Virus record (IMG/VR): IMGVR_UViG_3300032334_001923
Coordinates: 1-64,000 of that record
Direction: 5' to 3' (one strand)
Length of the DNA: 64,000 nt
Source of the DNA: a virus
Position numbers and translations under genes: made by a program. The notes below the pieces were generated by a model. It was not told the origin of the DNA. It searched no databases and worked only from the letters and a program-made list of their open reading frames with translations. This document shows positions 8,524 through 18,343 of this stretch, one piece after another (the stretch's first letter is position 1; the number at the start of each line of letters is the position of its first letter).

Positions 8524-11013
8524 ATGAGTTTTTATCCAGAAGATAAATTTCCAAAAGAAGGACAACCCGTTTATAACGGAAACGGAGAACAATATGATCT
8601 CACTGATCAACGATTTTCCTATCAGGATGGTTTAGAAAACACCAAAAAATACAAGGAATCCTCTGTAAATAATCTGTTTTCTACACCAGGGGCTGCTATG
8701 GCCAGAGGTCAGCAGATAGGATGTGGGGGATATCACGAGGTTATAATAGACGGTGCCACTTACTATAAACCCTGTGAATCTGCTAGCTATTACGATCTCA
8801 GAATGGAGCAGCTTGATAGTGCTCTCAATTTCACATATATCGGAAGCCACCGTGTTCTTACCTGGGATAAGCCTTTTGAAAATGTTACAACATTTAATGG
8901 GTGGATTATAGATGCGGCAAATAGCAATAGTAGTGGTCCTATAATAAATGCTGACGACATAGCTATAGATTTCAGATACAGCATAGACGGAAAAACATGG
9001 TCTTTATGGGTAAACGTTGGAACAGCTCTTGGTGGATTAACTAATGAGTTTTCCCAACTTTTCCCAATTTCTCTAGATCCTGAAAATAAATTCTATCCCG
9101 AGTTTAGATTTACCTCAGTTTTAAGAAACGCGGATGGAACGATTATAGTTACCCCGGATGAACCGATAGATCCTAGCGTGGTTATAGTGAGTTTTGAACT
9201 CGACTTAGATTATGCTCCAGTTCCAGAGACCCTGATAACTAGACCTGCTCCAGTTTGCTCAAATGAGATTTCAAATAGGCCTGTAGTTATAAGTGATTGT
9301 AAATTCACATTCAATCCTTATAATGTAAATAAGGCTTTAAATATGTATAAGGATTTAAGTCTAATGATCAACAAAGTATTTGGACTGGACGCTAATTATT
9401 ACTCAATCCAACCCCAGGCAAGAGGAAAGGATGTGGTGCTAAAAGAATACACTTTATTTAACGTTGTTTCTGAGAAGTGTATGAAGATCATGGTTCCTCA
9501 GAATCAATTTCCCGATAATAAGATCAACTTTGATCCGTTCGGTCTACAGTTTGAAGAGCCTTTTGAAATACAGATTGATAAGAGATATTTTGAAAGTATT
9601 TTCGGTAAGGGATCTCAGCCTAGGAAGAGAGACATAATTTATTTTCCTCTAACAAACAGAATTTATGAGATAAACTCAACTTATTTGTTTAGAGATTTTA
9701 TGCAATCCCCAGTTTACTTTAAGATAGAGCTCAGAAAATACAGTCCGAAGAGTAACACTTACTTCCAGGATCCTGCATATAAGGAAGAGCTTGACGGAAT
9801 AACCCTAACAACTTCTGAACTATTTGGAGAGGAGGTTAAATCTGAAGAAATAAAATCTTCTAAGCCACAACAATACGCAACTACTATTACTCAGATGTCT
9901 CAGGATCCGATCAGATCCTATGTTTATAACGAGCTTCCTATTATAGAATATGATCTTAATAACAACTGGACTATAGTATTAAATCACTACTACGATCTTT
10001 CTGAAGCTTTTGCAGATGTTTCAGAATTTGAATCGGATCCTAATAGATATAAAAATGCTGTTAGATATAAGTATCTTCCAAAGCTCCTTGCAAACCAAGA
10101 ACTTGCATTTACATGCTGGTTTAGTCTTAGAAATTTTTACGACAACTCCAAACTTTCTAAAAGAGGATATCCTATATTAAATATGACATTGGAATCATAT
10201 GATGAGGACTATCTAAACTTTAGCACATATCCGAAAAGACATAGACTTGAGAAATGGATTTCTTATGCTTCAAACCCGGAGGGATACGTAGCAATTAAAG
10301 GTGATTCGATTCACTCAGGCGGATATGAGGTTTTAGATGTGATTGATGAATATAGATTTTCTGTTAAAAACAATTCAACAACTTTCTCCGAAGGATCAAT
10401 TTCTTGGAGAATGCAGAAAGCACAGAATAGAAATCTTATAAGTGGACTTTATATAAATGAGTTTGAAGAATTTGAAGGATTCAGGGTGGATCTAATCCAC
10501 TCCGGAGTTATTGACGATCTAACCAATCCTTTCTTAGGTCAGGGTAGTATAGTTATAAGATTGAACGATAGAATCATAAACTCTCCACTTCAATTCGAAC
10601 CTGAATATGGTGAATGGTATGGAGTTGTGGTAAATGTTTCTAACGTATACAAACAGATCTCTACAAATATATGGGCTTTAACATACGATCCTGTAGACCC
10701 TGATCAGCAAAGTAGCAAACTACAAAAAGTTCATGAAGATGCTAGATTCTATAACGACATCATAGTTTTTGCTGCTCCTCCTGATGTCGAAAAGAACACA
10801 GATAGTGCTTTCTATGGAACCGATAACAATTCTTATAAAATATTCACTGGTCCTATTTACCTCAGCAATGTAAGACTGTTTAAGAATATGATAGATATAG
10901 ATACCCAATCAACAGTTCTAAATCAGAATATTGTTAGAGATGCTCAATTAGCACACATTATTGATAACGCAAAACCATTACTAAATATTCCTAAGTTCGC
11001 TAGAAATAGATAA
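8524..11013 (+). CDS. Extended T4 gp14-like neck/head-tail connector protein
   Basis: Central PRKRDIIYFPLTNRIYEI..YFKIELRKY resembles gp14; lies upstream of the terminase genes. Confidence 0.55.
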   Translation: MSFYPEDKFPKEGQPVYNGNGEQYDLTDQRFSYQDGLENTKKYKESSVNNLFSTPGAAMARGQQIGCGGYHEVIIDGATYYKPCESASYYDLRMEQLDSALNFTYIGSHRVLTWDKPFENVTTFNGWIIDAANSNSSGPIINADDIAIDFRYSIDGKTWSLWVNVGTALGGLTNEFSQLFPISLDPENKFYPEFRFTSVLRNADGTIIVTPDEPIDPSVVIVSFELDLDYAPVPETLITRPAPVCSNEISNRPVVISDCKFTFNPYNVNKALNMYKDLSLMINKVFGLDANYYSIQPQARGKDVVLKEYTLFNVVSEKCMKIMVPQNQFPDNKINFDPFGLQFEEPFEIQIDKRYFESIFGKGSQPRKRDIIYFPLTNRIYEINSTYLFRDFMQSPVYFKIELRKYSPKSNTYFQDPAYKEELDGITLTTSELFGEEVKSEEIKSSKPQQYATTITQMSQDPIRSYVYNELPIIEYDLNNNWTIVLNHYYDLSEAFADVSEFESDPNRYKNAVRYKYLPKLLANQELAFTCWFSLRNFYDNSKLSKRGYPILNMTLESYDEDYLNFSTYPKRHRLEKWISYASNPEGYVAIKGDSIHSGGYEVLDVIDEYRFSVKNNSTTFSEGSISWRMQKAQNRNLISGLYINEFEEFEGFRVDLIHSGVIDDLTNPFLGQGSIVIRLNDRIINSPLQFEPEYGEWYGVVVNVSNVYKQISTNIWALTYDPVDPDQQSSKLQKVHEDARFYNDIIVFAAPPDVEKNTDSAFYGTDNNSYKIFTGPIYLSNVRLFKNMIDIDTQSTVLNQNIVRDAQLAHIIDNAKPLLNIPKFARNR

Positions 11014-11016
11014 TAC

Positions 11017-11802
11017 ATGCCTAGAAGAAAACCAAAACCTGAGAAGGTAATAGAAGAAAAAATTAGAGAGAACCTCGATGCCATTATCATGGAGGAGTCT
11101 TTGGATACTATTGTTCCCAACACTGAGGAACTGCCAAGGATGAAGACGACGGATCTCATGAATTTTAAGGATGAAAAAATTTCAGCTTTATCTGAAGCAC
11201 AAGCACTCCTTGATTCGATAGCTAAATTTTATGTCGATCCTAATGTGTACGGATCTGCAGATCACGTTGAACTTAAAAAGAGGATGGATGCAACAAATCT
11301 ATCTGCTATGATGTTTCAACTTAAATCCGCTCAGCATGCAATAACTAAACTGCTAGAAGAGATAGATTTAGGAAACATGCATCCTAGGATTTTTGAAGTC
11401 CTTGCTCAACTCCAATCCCAAATTATGCAAATGCCTAAAGATTATCAGGCTTACATTGAAAAGATGGAGCAAAACTACAAGAAGGCAAAATTGGAGATAG
11501 AGGATAAAAAATCCTCAGGAGGAGTAATAATGGACACTACAGATTCATCCGACGGATCTTATCAGCCTGCTTTTGTACAACAAGGAAGCGGAATAAAAAC
11601 AAGAGGAACTAAGGGACTTATGGAGGGACTCAGAGATATTCTGGGCACTGAAATAGTTGATATTAAGCCAGTAGAAGTCGATCCGAATGCTATCGTTAAC
11701 GCTAGAGAGAAAAAGATTATAGATAGCCAAATGGGTATTTCTGGTGAGGGAGACGAGGACATGGAAGGGATCTACACCATTGAAGACGATATATTAGATT
11801 AA
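11017..11802 (+). CDS. gp16: Terminase small subunit (gp16-like)
   Basis: HPRIFEVLAQL motif resembles gp16 PRxxEVxAxL; immediately upstream of gp17. Confidence 0.6.
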   Translation: MPRRKPKPEKVIEEKIRENLDAIIMEESLDTIVPNTEELPRMKTTDLMNFKDEKISALSEAQALLDSIAKFYVDPNVYGSADHVELKKRMDATNLSAMMFQLKSAQHAITKLLEEIDLGNMHPRIFEVLAQLQSQIMQMPKDYQAYIEKMEQNYKKAKLEIEDKKSSGGVIMDTTDSSDGSYQPAFVQQGSGIKTRGTKGLMEGLRDILGTEIVDIKPVEVDPNAIVNAREKKIIDSQMGISGEGDEDMEGIYTIEDDILD

Positions 11803-11803
11803 T

Positions 11804-13651
11804 ATGCAGGATGAATTATTAAAAGTTTCAGAAACGCAAGAATCTGAAAGTAGTTACTGGTCCACGGATAGAATCAACGAACTTCTAAGGAAGGTTGACG
11901 AGGAAGGACTCGATTATAAAAGTGTTGACAATCCATTCCACGACAACGATCCCGAATTCAAGAGAGCAAACGTTCTTTGGGAATACACACCTGAGGAGAT
12001 CCTGGAGATGAAGAAATGTGCAGAGGACGTAACGTATTTTTCTAAATATTGTCAGGTAATGACCGACGAAGGTCTCAATTACATCAGACTAAGAGATTAC
12101 CAGGAATCTGTTTTAAGAGAATATCAAGCACACAGATTCAATGTTTTTCTTGCACCTAGACAAGTTGGTAAGTCTATTACATCTTCTATAATTTTAGTTT
12201 GGTATCTTCTTTTTAATCACGACAAGAACGCAATGATCTTGGCAAACGTCGGGGACACAGCAGAGGAGCTAATGGATAAAATTAAATCCATCATAAAAGG
12301 TCTTCCTTTTTTCTTAAAGCCTGGAATGTTAGTAAACAACGTGATGTCCATGAGGTTTGACAATAACTGCAGAATTCTAGCTAAGACCACAACTAAAACA
12401 TCCGGTATCGGTTTTACCATCCACTTCTTATACATGGATGAGTTTGCACATATTAATCCAAACTTTATTGAGGCTTTCTTTAGATCAACCTATCCGACGG
12501 TTTCTTCCTCTAAGGTTTCACGCATCATAGTCACCTCGACCCCAAATGGAATGAATAAATTCTACGAGATTTATCAAGGTGCCTTAAAAGGTGAAAATAC
12601 ATTCAATCCTATAAGGGTTGATTGGTGGCAGGTTCCTGGCAGAGACGAGGCATGGAAACAGAAGGAGATAGGAAACCTTGGGAGCGAGGAGCTATTCAAC
12701 CAAGAATATGGAAATCAATTTTTAAGCTCATCGTCGCTTCTTTTAGGCTCTAAAGAGCTCAAGAAGATAAAAGTTAACGAGTCCGAGTACACCTGGCGTG
12801 AAATAGACGCATTGCACAACGAGGACATAAACTATGAGAATCTCTTGTGGCATCCTAAATTCAACCTAGACAACACAGATGTCCCGGGAAAAAAATTCAT
12901 TTTTTCTATTGATATAAGTGGAGGTGTCAAGGGTGATTTTACTGTCATAAACATCTTTAAAGTTACACCCCTACCCAAAGCAATTATAGAAAGAATCGAA
13001 GAATTCGAGGACGAGTCTGACTTTTTTGGGCTTGTTCAGGTTGGTGTTTTTAGAGATAACGAGATAAAACTAGAGGAACTTACAAAGCTCACTAAGATCC
13101 TAGTAAAGAATGTTATAGGTGTAGACCGCTCTAAACTGGTTATAGAAATGAATTTCAAGGGAGAACTTCTTTATGATAAACTATCTTCAGATGATGAGTT
13201 TTATGACGAGGTATTTGTTTTCACAAAACACACAGAAAGTGCTAGGTCACTGAAACCCGGTATAAAATACAACGAGAAAAACAAGATGAAATACTGCGAG
13301 CTTCTTAGAAGCCTGATAAGAGCAGACAGAATTTTGGTAAATGATAAAAAATGGACCATTCCCGAGCTATTCACATTCGGCCTAAATAACAGTGGGACCT
13401 ATTCGAGCCAGACTGGACACGATGACGTTGCCATGACTTTGGTCAATCTACCCTCCTTATTTGACGGCTATGATTTTAACCAAATAGTGGGTGAAGTTTT
13501 TGATGAATTGGATAATTCTTATAAGGATTTAATCGTTAGAAAGCTCGAAGGTCCAGTAAACCGCTCCGCAAGTGAGGATCCTTTTAGTTTAAGAAACAAC
13601 AACTACACAAAAGAGTCTAAAGGATATCAAGATTTTAGCAAATTGATGTAA
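11804..13651 (+). CDS. gp17: Terminase large subunit
   Basis: PRQVGKS Walker A, LYMDEFAH Walker B, TSTPNG, nuclease IDISGG..D and HDDVAM. Confidence 0.97.
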   Translation: MQDELLKVSETQESESSYWSTDRINELLRKVDEEGLDYKSVDNPFHDNDPEFKRANVLWEYTPEEILEMKKCAEDVTYFSKYCQVMTDEGLNYIRLRDYQESVLREYQAHRFNVFLAPRQVGKSITSSIILVWYLLFNHDKNAMILANVGDTAEELMDKIKSIIKGLPFFLKPGMLVNNVMSMRFDNNCRILAKTTTKTSGIGFTIHFLYMDEFAHINPNFIEAFFRSTYPTVSSSKVSRIIVTSTPNGMNKFYEIYQGALKGENTFNPIRVDWWQVPGRDEAWKQKEIGNLGSEELFNQEYGNQFLSSSSLLLGSKELKKIKVNESEYTWREIDALHNEDINYENLLWHPKFNLDNTDVPGKKFIFSIDISGGVKGDFTVINIFKVTPLPKAIIERIEEFEDESDFFGLVQVGVFRDNEIKLEELTKLTKILVKNVIGVDRSKLVIEMNFKGELLYDKLSSDDEFYDEVFVFTKHTESARSLKPGIKYNEKNKMKYCELLRSLIRADRILVNDKKWTIPELFTFGLNNSGTYSSQTGHDDVAMTLVNLPSLFDGYDFNQIVGEVFDELDNSYKDLIVRKLEGPVNRSASEDPFSLRNNNYTKESKGYQDFSKLM

Positions 13652-13690
13652 TTAGGGAAGGTCCTGACCCAATATTTGGCTTTCTGTTTT

Positions 13691-13698
13691 GATATATA
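13691..13698 (+). promoter_or_regulatory. Putative late promoter GATATATA
   Basis: 30 nt before the sheath ATG. Confidence 0.75.
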
Positions 13699-13728
13699 CT
13701 GTAGAAGCAAAAAATATCTAGAAAACTA

Positions 13729-16700
13729 ATGGCAAATAAGGTAAAAATAGATTACTCCCAATTTAAGGCATCTGGTGTTTATACATTGGAATTTGACGCC
13801 TCACAAAACGTAATCCTAACCTCCCAAACGATTAGATTAGTGGTGGGCTTCTCTAATAAAGGCCCCTTTAATACCCCGGTTTATATCCCGGACGCAACCA
13901 CAATGATTTCCGTTTTTGGAGACATCGATAAAACCCTGGAAAATCAAGGATCTTTCTTTCATAGATCGATCCTAACGTGTTTAAACACTGGCCCAGTTTT
14001 TGGTTTAAATCTTTTAAAATTAAACGACGACTTAGCTAGTGCTACCCCCGACGAGGCTCCTTATAGATCATTCTCTATAGACACAGAGGAGTATAACGGT
14101 GTTGTGACTGAGGTTCTTTACTCTTCTTATTATAATAAAGAGAGATTCTGGTTTGCTGATCCGAATTACTTCTTAGCAACTTTAAGCATTCCTGATCAGG
14201 GTAAACTTTTCAACCTTACAAATCTTGGAAAATCTCCAGTAAGTATAATAATCAGAAAGTCAACAGACTCTACTAAGCCACTTAAAGGATTTGATATTTT
14301 TGCTATTGATTGGTATGGTGCTAATAACGTTCCTTCTTTCATGCACCCTTATGACTACATTTCTGATTATTTCGTTGATGTGATTGCGGTGTCTGGAAAC
14401 TGGACAAATTATCAAGCTCTTTCGGTTGATCCTAAATGGTTTTCTTATTTCACTCCTAATGGTTTTATTAAAAGTCGAATTGACAGCTTCTTAAATCAGC
14501 AAGACGTAAATATAGTAGTTTCAGTAACAGGATGTCTTATTCCTGATTTTGTTGACCTTAACGGGGTGAATCAGTACATACAAACATTAATCAACAACCA
14601 GACGCCTTCAACCGGCCTATTCTGTGCTGTTGATGCTGTTGCTTTTGATGACATTTGTAACAATCCTTCTAGAATAGATCTAGTTGGTAATCATCTTATC
14701 GATGAATTCTCTGGAGACAGAGATCTAGCAAATCCTTATATAGATTTCTTAAGCTACGATCAAGCATTAGATACAGATTATCTATACACACAAAATGTAG
14801 TTGGTGTAACAGGATCTACTGGATTTGTGAGTGCAACAGGAGCTACCATTTATACGACAGGTATGAAAGTCGGTACTCTGTTTACTCTAGGAAGCGGAAC
14901 TACTGCAGGTGTTGTTTATCAATCATTCGCTCCTTATAACTCTTCATTATATGATGGAGGACTTCACTACCTTCAAACTCAAGGGACCGGAGGAACTGCT
15001 GGTTACTTCTTAAATGCTGCTCAGAAAGACGAATTAAAATCTTTCTTAACGGTTAATTCTTCGGATGATCAAAAATTCATCTTAGGAGTTGTTAGCGGCA
15101 TATCAGGACAAACCGGAGGAATTGTTAATCAATTCTCTCCTGCTGATCTAGTTAAATTAAAAGTTACTGGAACTAAAGAAGTAAATGGAGAATTAAGAAT
15201 CTTCTGGACTCACCCTCTAGATACTGCTTCTTTCAGATCGCAAAATATAACAGTAGCACCTGTTTACACTATCACATCTTATAACACAGGAGCATCAGGA
15301 AGTAATAAGCCATTCTACACTAATGCTTACCAATTTGGAAATTCCGATTATGTCGATATCGTAAGTGCTGCTAATCCAAACGGTGCAACAGGACCTAACT
15401 CTCTTACCGGGATTTCTAATGTCCTTGTAGGATATAATGCTTCTCCGGTATTCCAGAATGCTAAATATGAGGACATCGCGGACGGTGACGAGATTTGGGT
15501 TAACTCAACAGGAACATCTCTTCAATACTTAACCGTAGAAGCTGGTGTTGATAAAGATCAATTCAACTATGTGAATTTGAGAGCCCACACTAATCCGGCT
15601 CTTTCAAATACCACTATCACCAACATTCTAGGCTTTGGTCTTTCGTACGCTTCAAACAATATAGGAAACTCTGTATCTTCTCAAAAGATAGACGTTGTTT
15701 CTCAAAACGGTACAATTAACGAGTATGTTGACTGTACTAGAATAGACACTACAACATTTAGAGTTACTTCAGACGCTAATGGTACAGTTCCTTTCTCTGT
15801 AGGTGATTTGGTTGTTTCTACTGATCTTGACATATGCGAGCCTTCAACAGGAAATAGACAAAGCAGATTAGGAAAAATCACAAAGGTTTCTAAAACAACA
15901 ACTGCTAATGTTTATGAAGTTGTTTCTGCAAGACCAGTACTTTATTATTCTGGAACAAGCGGAATGAGAGTTCAGAAATTCTATTCAATAGCTCAGTTCA
16001 CAACATCTTTTGATTTTACATATCTTAAAGGATTTACAATGACCGAGGCACACAGACCAAATGGTACGGATGCTAGAATAGAAGAAATCCTAAACGTTAT
16101 GTACGATACTAACATCGCTAAGACATTAGCTTCTAAAGATGTTATTTCTTACAGATACATCATTGATACGTTTAACGGTATCATTGGACCTGAATCTAAA
16201 TATCAGTACAGTAGACTTGCTCAGCTTAGACAGCAAGCTTTAGCTATTATCAATGCGCCTTCAATGGCTCAATTTAAAGCTAGCACTGATCCTAGATTCA
16301 CTAATGAACCTACTGCTTCTAATCCATATCCAAGTTTAAACACTGCTTACATAGCAAGCGGAGGTAACCTATCTCTAAACCCAACTTATACATTCGGCCT
16401 TCCAACCGAAGGTGACGGAGCTAAGTTTGCAGCATTCTATGCACCTTACATCACTCTAAGAGAGAATAATAAGAACATAAACGTTCCACCTGCAGCTTTT
16501 GTTTCTAATAATTTTGTTAGAAAATTTGCTAACGGAGAACCTTATGCTATAGTAGCTGGACAGAAAAGAGGAATCTTAAGTGGCGGTAACATAGTAGGTG
16601 TTGAATATGACTTTACTGATGACGATAGAGCAAATCTTGAGCCATTCGGTATCAACCCTATCATTAAGAGAAGAGGAGTAGGAGTGGTGATCTTCGGTAA

Positions 16701-17070
16701 CCAAACAGCTTATCAGCAAGTCAACTCTGCTTTTAATTTGGTTCACGTAAGAGATCTTCTAATTAGCATAGAAAGTGACGTACAAACAATCCTTTCTAAC
16801 TACCTATTCGATTTCAACGACGATTCTATCAGACTTGAAATTAAGACCTTGGTTGATAACTACTTGGATGGTGTTAGAGCAGGAGGCGGGATTTACGCTT
16901 ATCAAACAATCATGGATGCTTCTAACAATACTCCAGCTATCATCGATATGAATATGGGTATTATAGACGTAATCATAGAACCAGCAAGAGGAATTCAGAA
17001 GTTTATCAACAGAATCACAGTTACGAGAACTGGTGGTATCTCTGCAGGAGGATTCATACAATTCGTTTAA
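13729..17070 (+). CDS. gp18: Contractile tail sheath protein with a large internal insertion (1113 aa)
   Basis: SGVYTLEFD N-terminus, KGPFNTP, INPI, VVIFGNQT, VHVRDLLI, IEPARGIQKF. Confidence 0.95.
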   Translation: MANKVKIDYSQFKASGVYTLEFDASQNVILTSQTIRLVVGFSNKGPFNTPVYIPDATTMISVFGDIDKTLENQGSFFHRSILTCLNTGPVFGLNLLKLNDDLASATPDEAPYRSFSIDTEEYNGVVTEVLYSSYYNKERFWFADPNYFLATLSIPDQGKLFNLTNLGKSPVSIIIRKSTDSTKPLKGFDIFAIDWYGANNVPSFMHPYDYISDYFVDVIAVSGNWTNYQALSVDPKWFSYFTPNGFIKSRIDSFLNQQDVNIVVSVTGCLIPDFVDLNGVNQYIQTLINNQTPSTGLFCAVDAVAFDDICNNPSRIDLVGNHLIDEFSGDRDLANPYIDFLSYDQALDTDYLYTQNVVGVTGSTGFVSATGATIYTTGMKVGTLFTLGSGTTAGVVYQSFAPYNSSLYDGGLHYLQTQGTGGTAGYFLNAAQKDELKSFLTVNSSDDQKFILGVVSGISGQTGGIVNQFSPADLVKLKVTGTKEVNGELRIFWTHPLDTASFRSQNITVAPVYTITSYNTGASGSNKPFYTNAYQFGNSDYVDIVSAANPNGATGPNSLTGISNVLVGYNASPVFQNAKYEDIADGDEIWVNSTGTSLQYLTVEAGVDKDQFNYVNLRAHTNPALSNTTITNILGFGLSYASNNIGNSVSSQKIDVVSQNGTINEYVDCTRIDTTTFRVTSDANGTVPFSVGDLVVSTDLDICEPSTGNRQSRLGKITKVSKTTTANVYEVVSARPVLYYSGTSGMRVQKFYSIAQFTTSFDFTYLKGFTMTEAHRPNGTDARIEEILNVMYDTNIAKTLASKDVISYRYIIDTFNGIIGPESKYQYSRLAQLRQQALAIINAPSMAQFKASTDPRFTNEPTASNPYPSLNTAYIASGGNLSLNPTYTFGLPTEGDGAKFAAFYAPYITLRENNKNINVPPAAFVSNNFVRKFANGEPYAIVAGQKRGILSGGNIVGVEYDFTDDDRANLEPFGINPIIKRRGVGVVIFGNQTAYQQVNSAFNLVHVRDLLISIESDVQTILSNYLFDFNDDSIRLEIKTLVDNYLDGVRAGGGIYAYQTIMDASNNTPAIIDMNMGIIDVIIEPARGIQKFINRITVTRTGGISAGGFIQFV

Positions 17071-17097
17071 TAGAATTTGAGCCTTTTGAGGATTTAA

Positions 17098-17105
17098 GAT
17101 AAATA
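17098..17105 (+). promoter_or_regulatory. Putative late promoter variant GATAAATA
   Basis: 9 nt before the first tube gene ATG; close to T4 TATAAATA. Confidence 0.45.
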
Positions 17106-17114
17106 TAAAAGAAT

Positions 17115-17669
17115 ATGGCAGGACTATCACATTATCAAAATTCAATCTCTGCGATAAACAAATTTGAACCTGTTTATCTCAACCAGTTTGAAGTTACAAT
17201 CCTCCCACCAGCTGCAGTAGCTGGAGGCGAGATTCTACTTCAGCATGTTACAAAAGTTAGTGGACTTTCTTTAAATAAAACACCTAGTGTGGTTTCGCAA
17301 AAGTACAAATTTGCTAAGAGAAACTACGCAGGAGCTAAACCCGATAACACCTTTATGGATGTTAGTTTAAGCTTTAGCGTAAACTTGAATGATGATAATT
17401 CAATGTACGTATTTAAGACTTTAAGACAATGGTCTGATCTTATTTACAATCCTTTAACGGGTGCAATGGGTCTTAAGAATGACTATACAGGAACCATAGT
17501 AATCAATATGTTCAACAAAGCTGGGGACGTATATAGAAGAGTGACTTGCAGAGACGCATTCCCAACTAAACCTTTGAGCCCCATGGCATTAAACTATACC
17601 TCAACCGATATTTACAAGGTTAATGATATGGTTTGGGCGGTGGATTACTGGGAGGACCTATTCTTATAA
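17115..17669 (+). CDS. gp19: Tail tube protein, copy 1
   Basis: Follows the sheath gene; NQFEV, LRQWSDLIYNP..G, terminal DYWE typical of the gp19 fold. Confidence 0.85.
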   Translation: MAGLSHYQNSISAINKFEPVYLNQFEVTILPPAAVAGGEILLQHVTKVSGLSLNKTPSVVSQKYKFAKRNYAGAKPDNTFMDVSLSFSVNLNDDNSMYVFKTLRQWSDLIYNPLTGAMGLKNDYTGTIVINMFNKAGDVYRRVTCRDAFPTKPLSPMALNYTSTDIYKVNDMVWAVDYWEDLFL

Positions 17670-17684
17670 AAATATTATAGATAA

Positions 17685-18260
17685 ATGGCAGGTTTACCAC
17701 ATTTTACTAATTCTAGAGCGGCGATAAACAATTTTGAACCGGTTTATTTAAACCAATTTGAGGTTTTAATAAACCCTCCTGCTGGCATCGTGGATGCAGC
17801 AACAACCTTTAAAGGTGAGGGAATTCTAACGCAACAAGTTAAATCAATTACAGGATTGGCGGTTGATATCTTACCGGCAGCCCCTATTGAGCAAAACTAC
17901 AAGTTTGCTACCAGAAGATATGCAGGAGGAGAGCCTTCACAAAGTGATATGACTCTTTCTATAGAATTTGAGGTGAATCTAAATGACGTTAATTCCATGA
18001 CCGTTTATAAAATACTTAGACAATGGTCAGATCTAATCTATAATCCTCTTACCGGTGCAATGGGTATAAAGAACGACTATGTTGGTTCTATGGTAATCTC
18101 GGTATTTAATAAAAGAGGAGACGTTTTCAGAAGAATAAGAATACCTTCTTGTTTCATTAGCGAAGCTATCAATAATGCTGATCTTGATTACGAAAATGCC
18201 AGCATCTACACAATAACCACTTCTTGGATATGCGATTACTGGGAAGATATCTTCCTATAA
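17685..18260 (+). CDS. gp19: Tail tube protein, copy 2
   Basis: Paralog of copy 1 (FEPVYLNQFEV, LRQWSDLIYNPLTGAMG, DYWED). Confidence 0.85.
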   Translation: MAGLPHFTNSRAAINNFEPVYLNQFEVLINPPAGIVDAATTFKGEGILTQQVKSITGLAVDILPAAPIEQNYKFATRRYAGGEPSQSDMTLSIEFEVNLNDVNSMTVYKILRQWSDLIYNPLTGAMGIKNDYVGSMVISVFNKRGDVFRRIRIPSCFISEAINNADLDYENASIYTITTSWICDYWEDIFL

Positions 18261-18281
18261 TCAGATTAAAATAGTATTTTT

Positions 18282-18305
18282 GAGGCCATTTTGGCCTCTT
18301 TTTTT
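18282..18305 (+). terminator. Intrinsic terminator
   Basis: GAGGCC-ATTTT-GGCCTC followed by T7. Confidence 0.85.
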
Positions 18306-18343
18306 GTTTTCTGTTATATAATGAATAAGTAAACATTTTTAAC

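Noticed and set aside
11804-13651. Intein or intron in terminase, ligase or capsid genes
   Set aside because: Lengths and motif spacing are ordinary; no splicing or homing-endonuclease motifs seen
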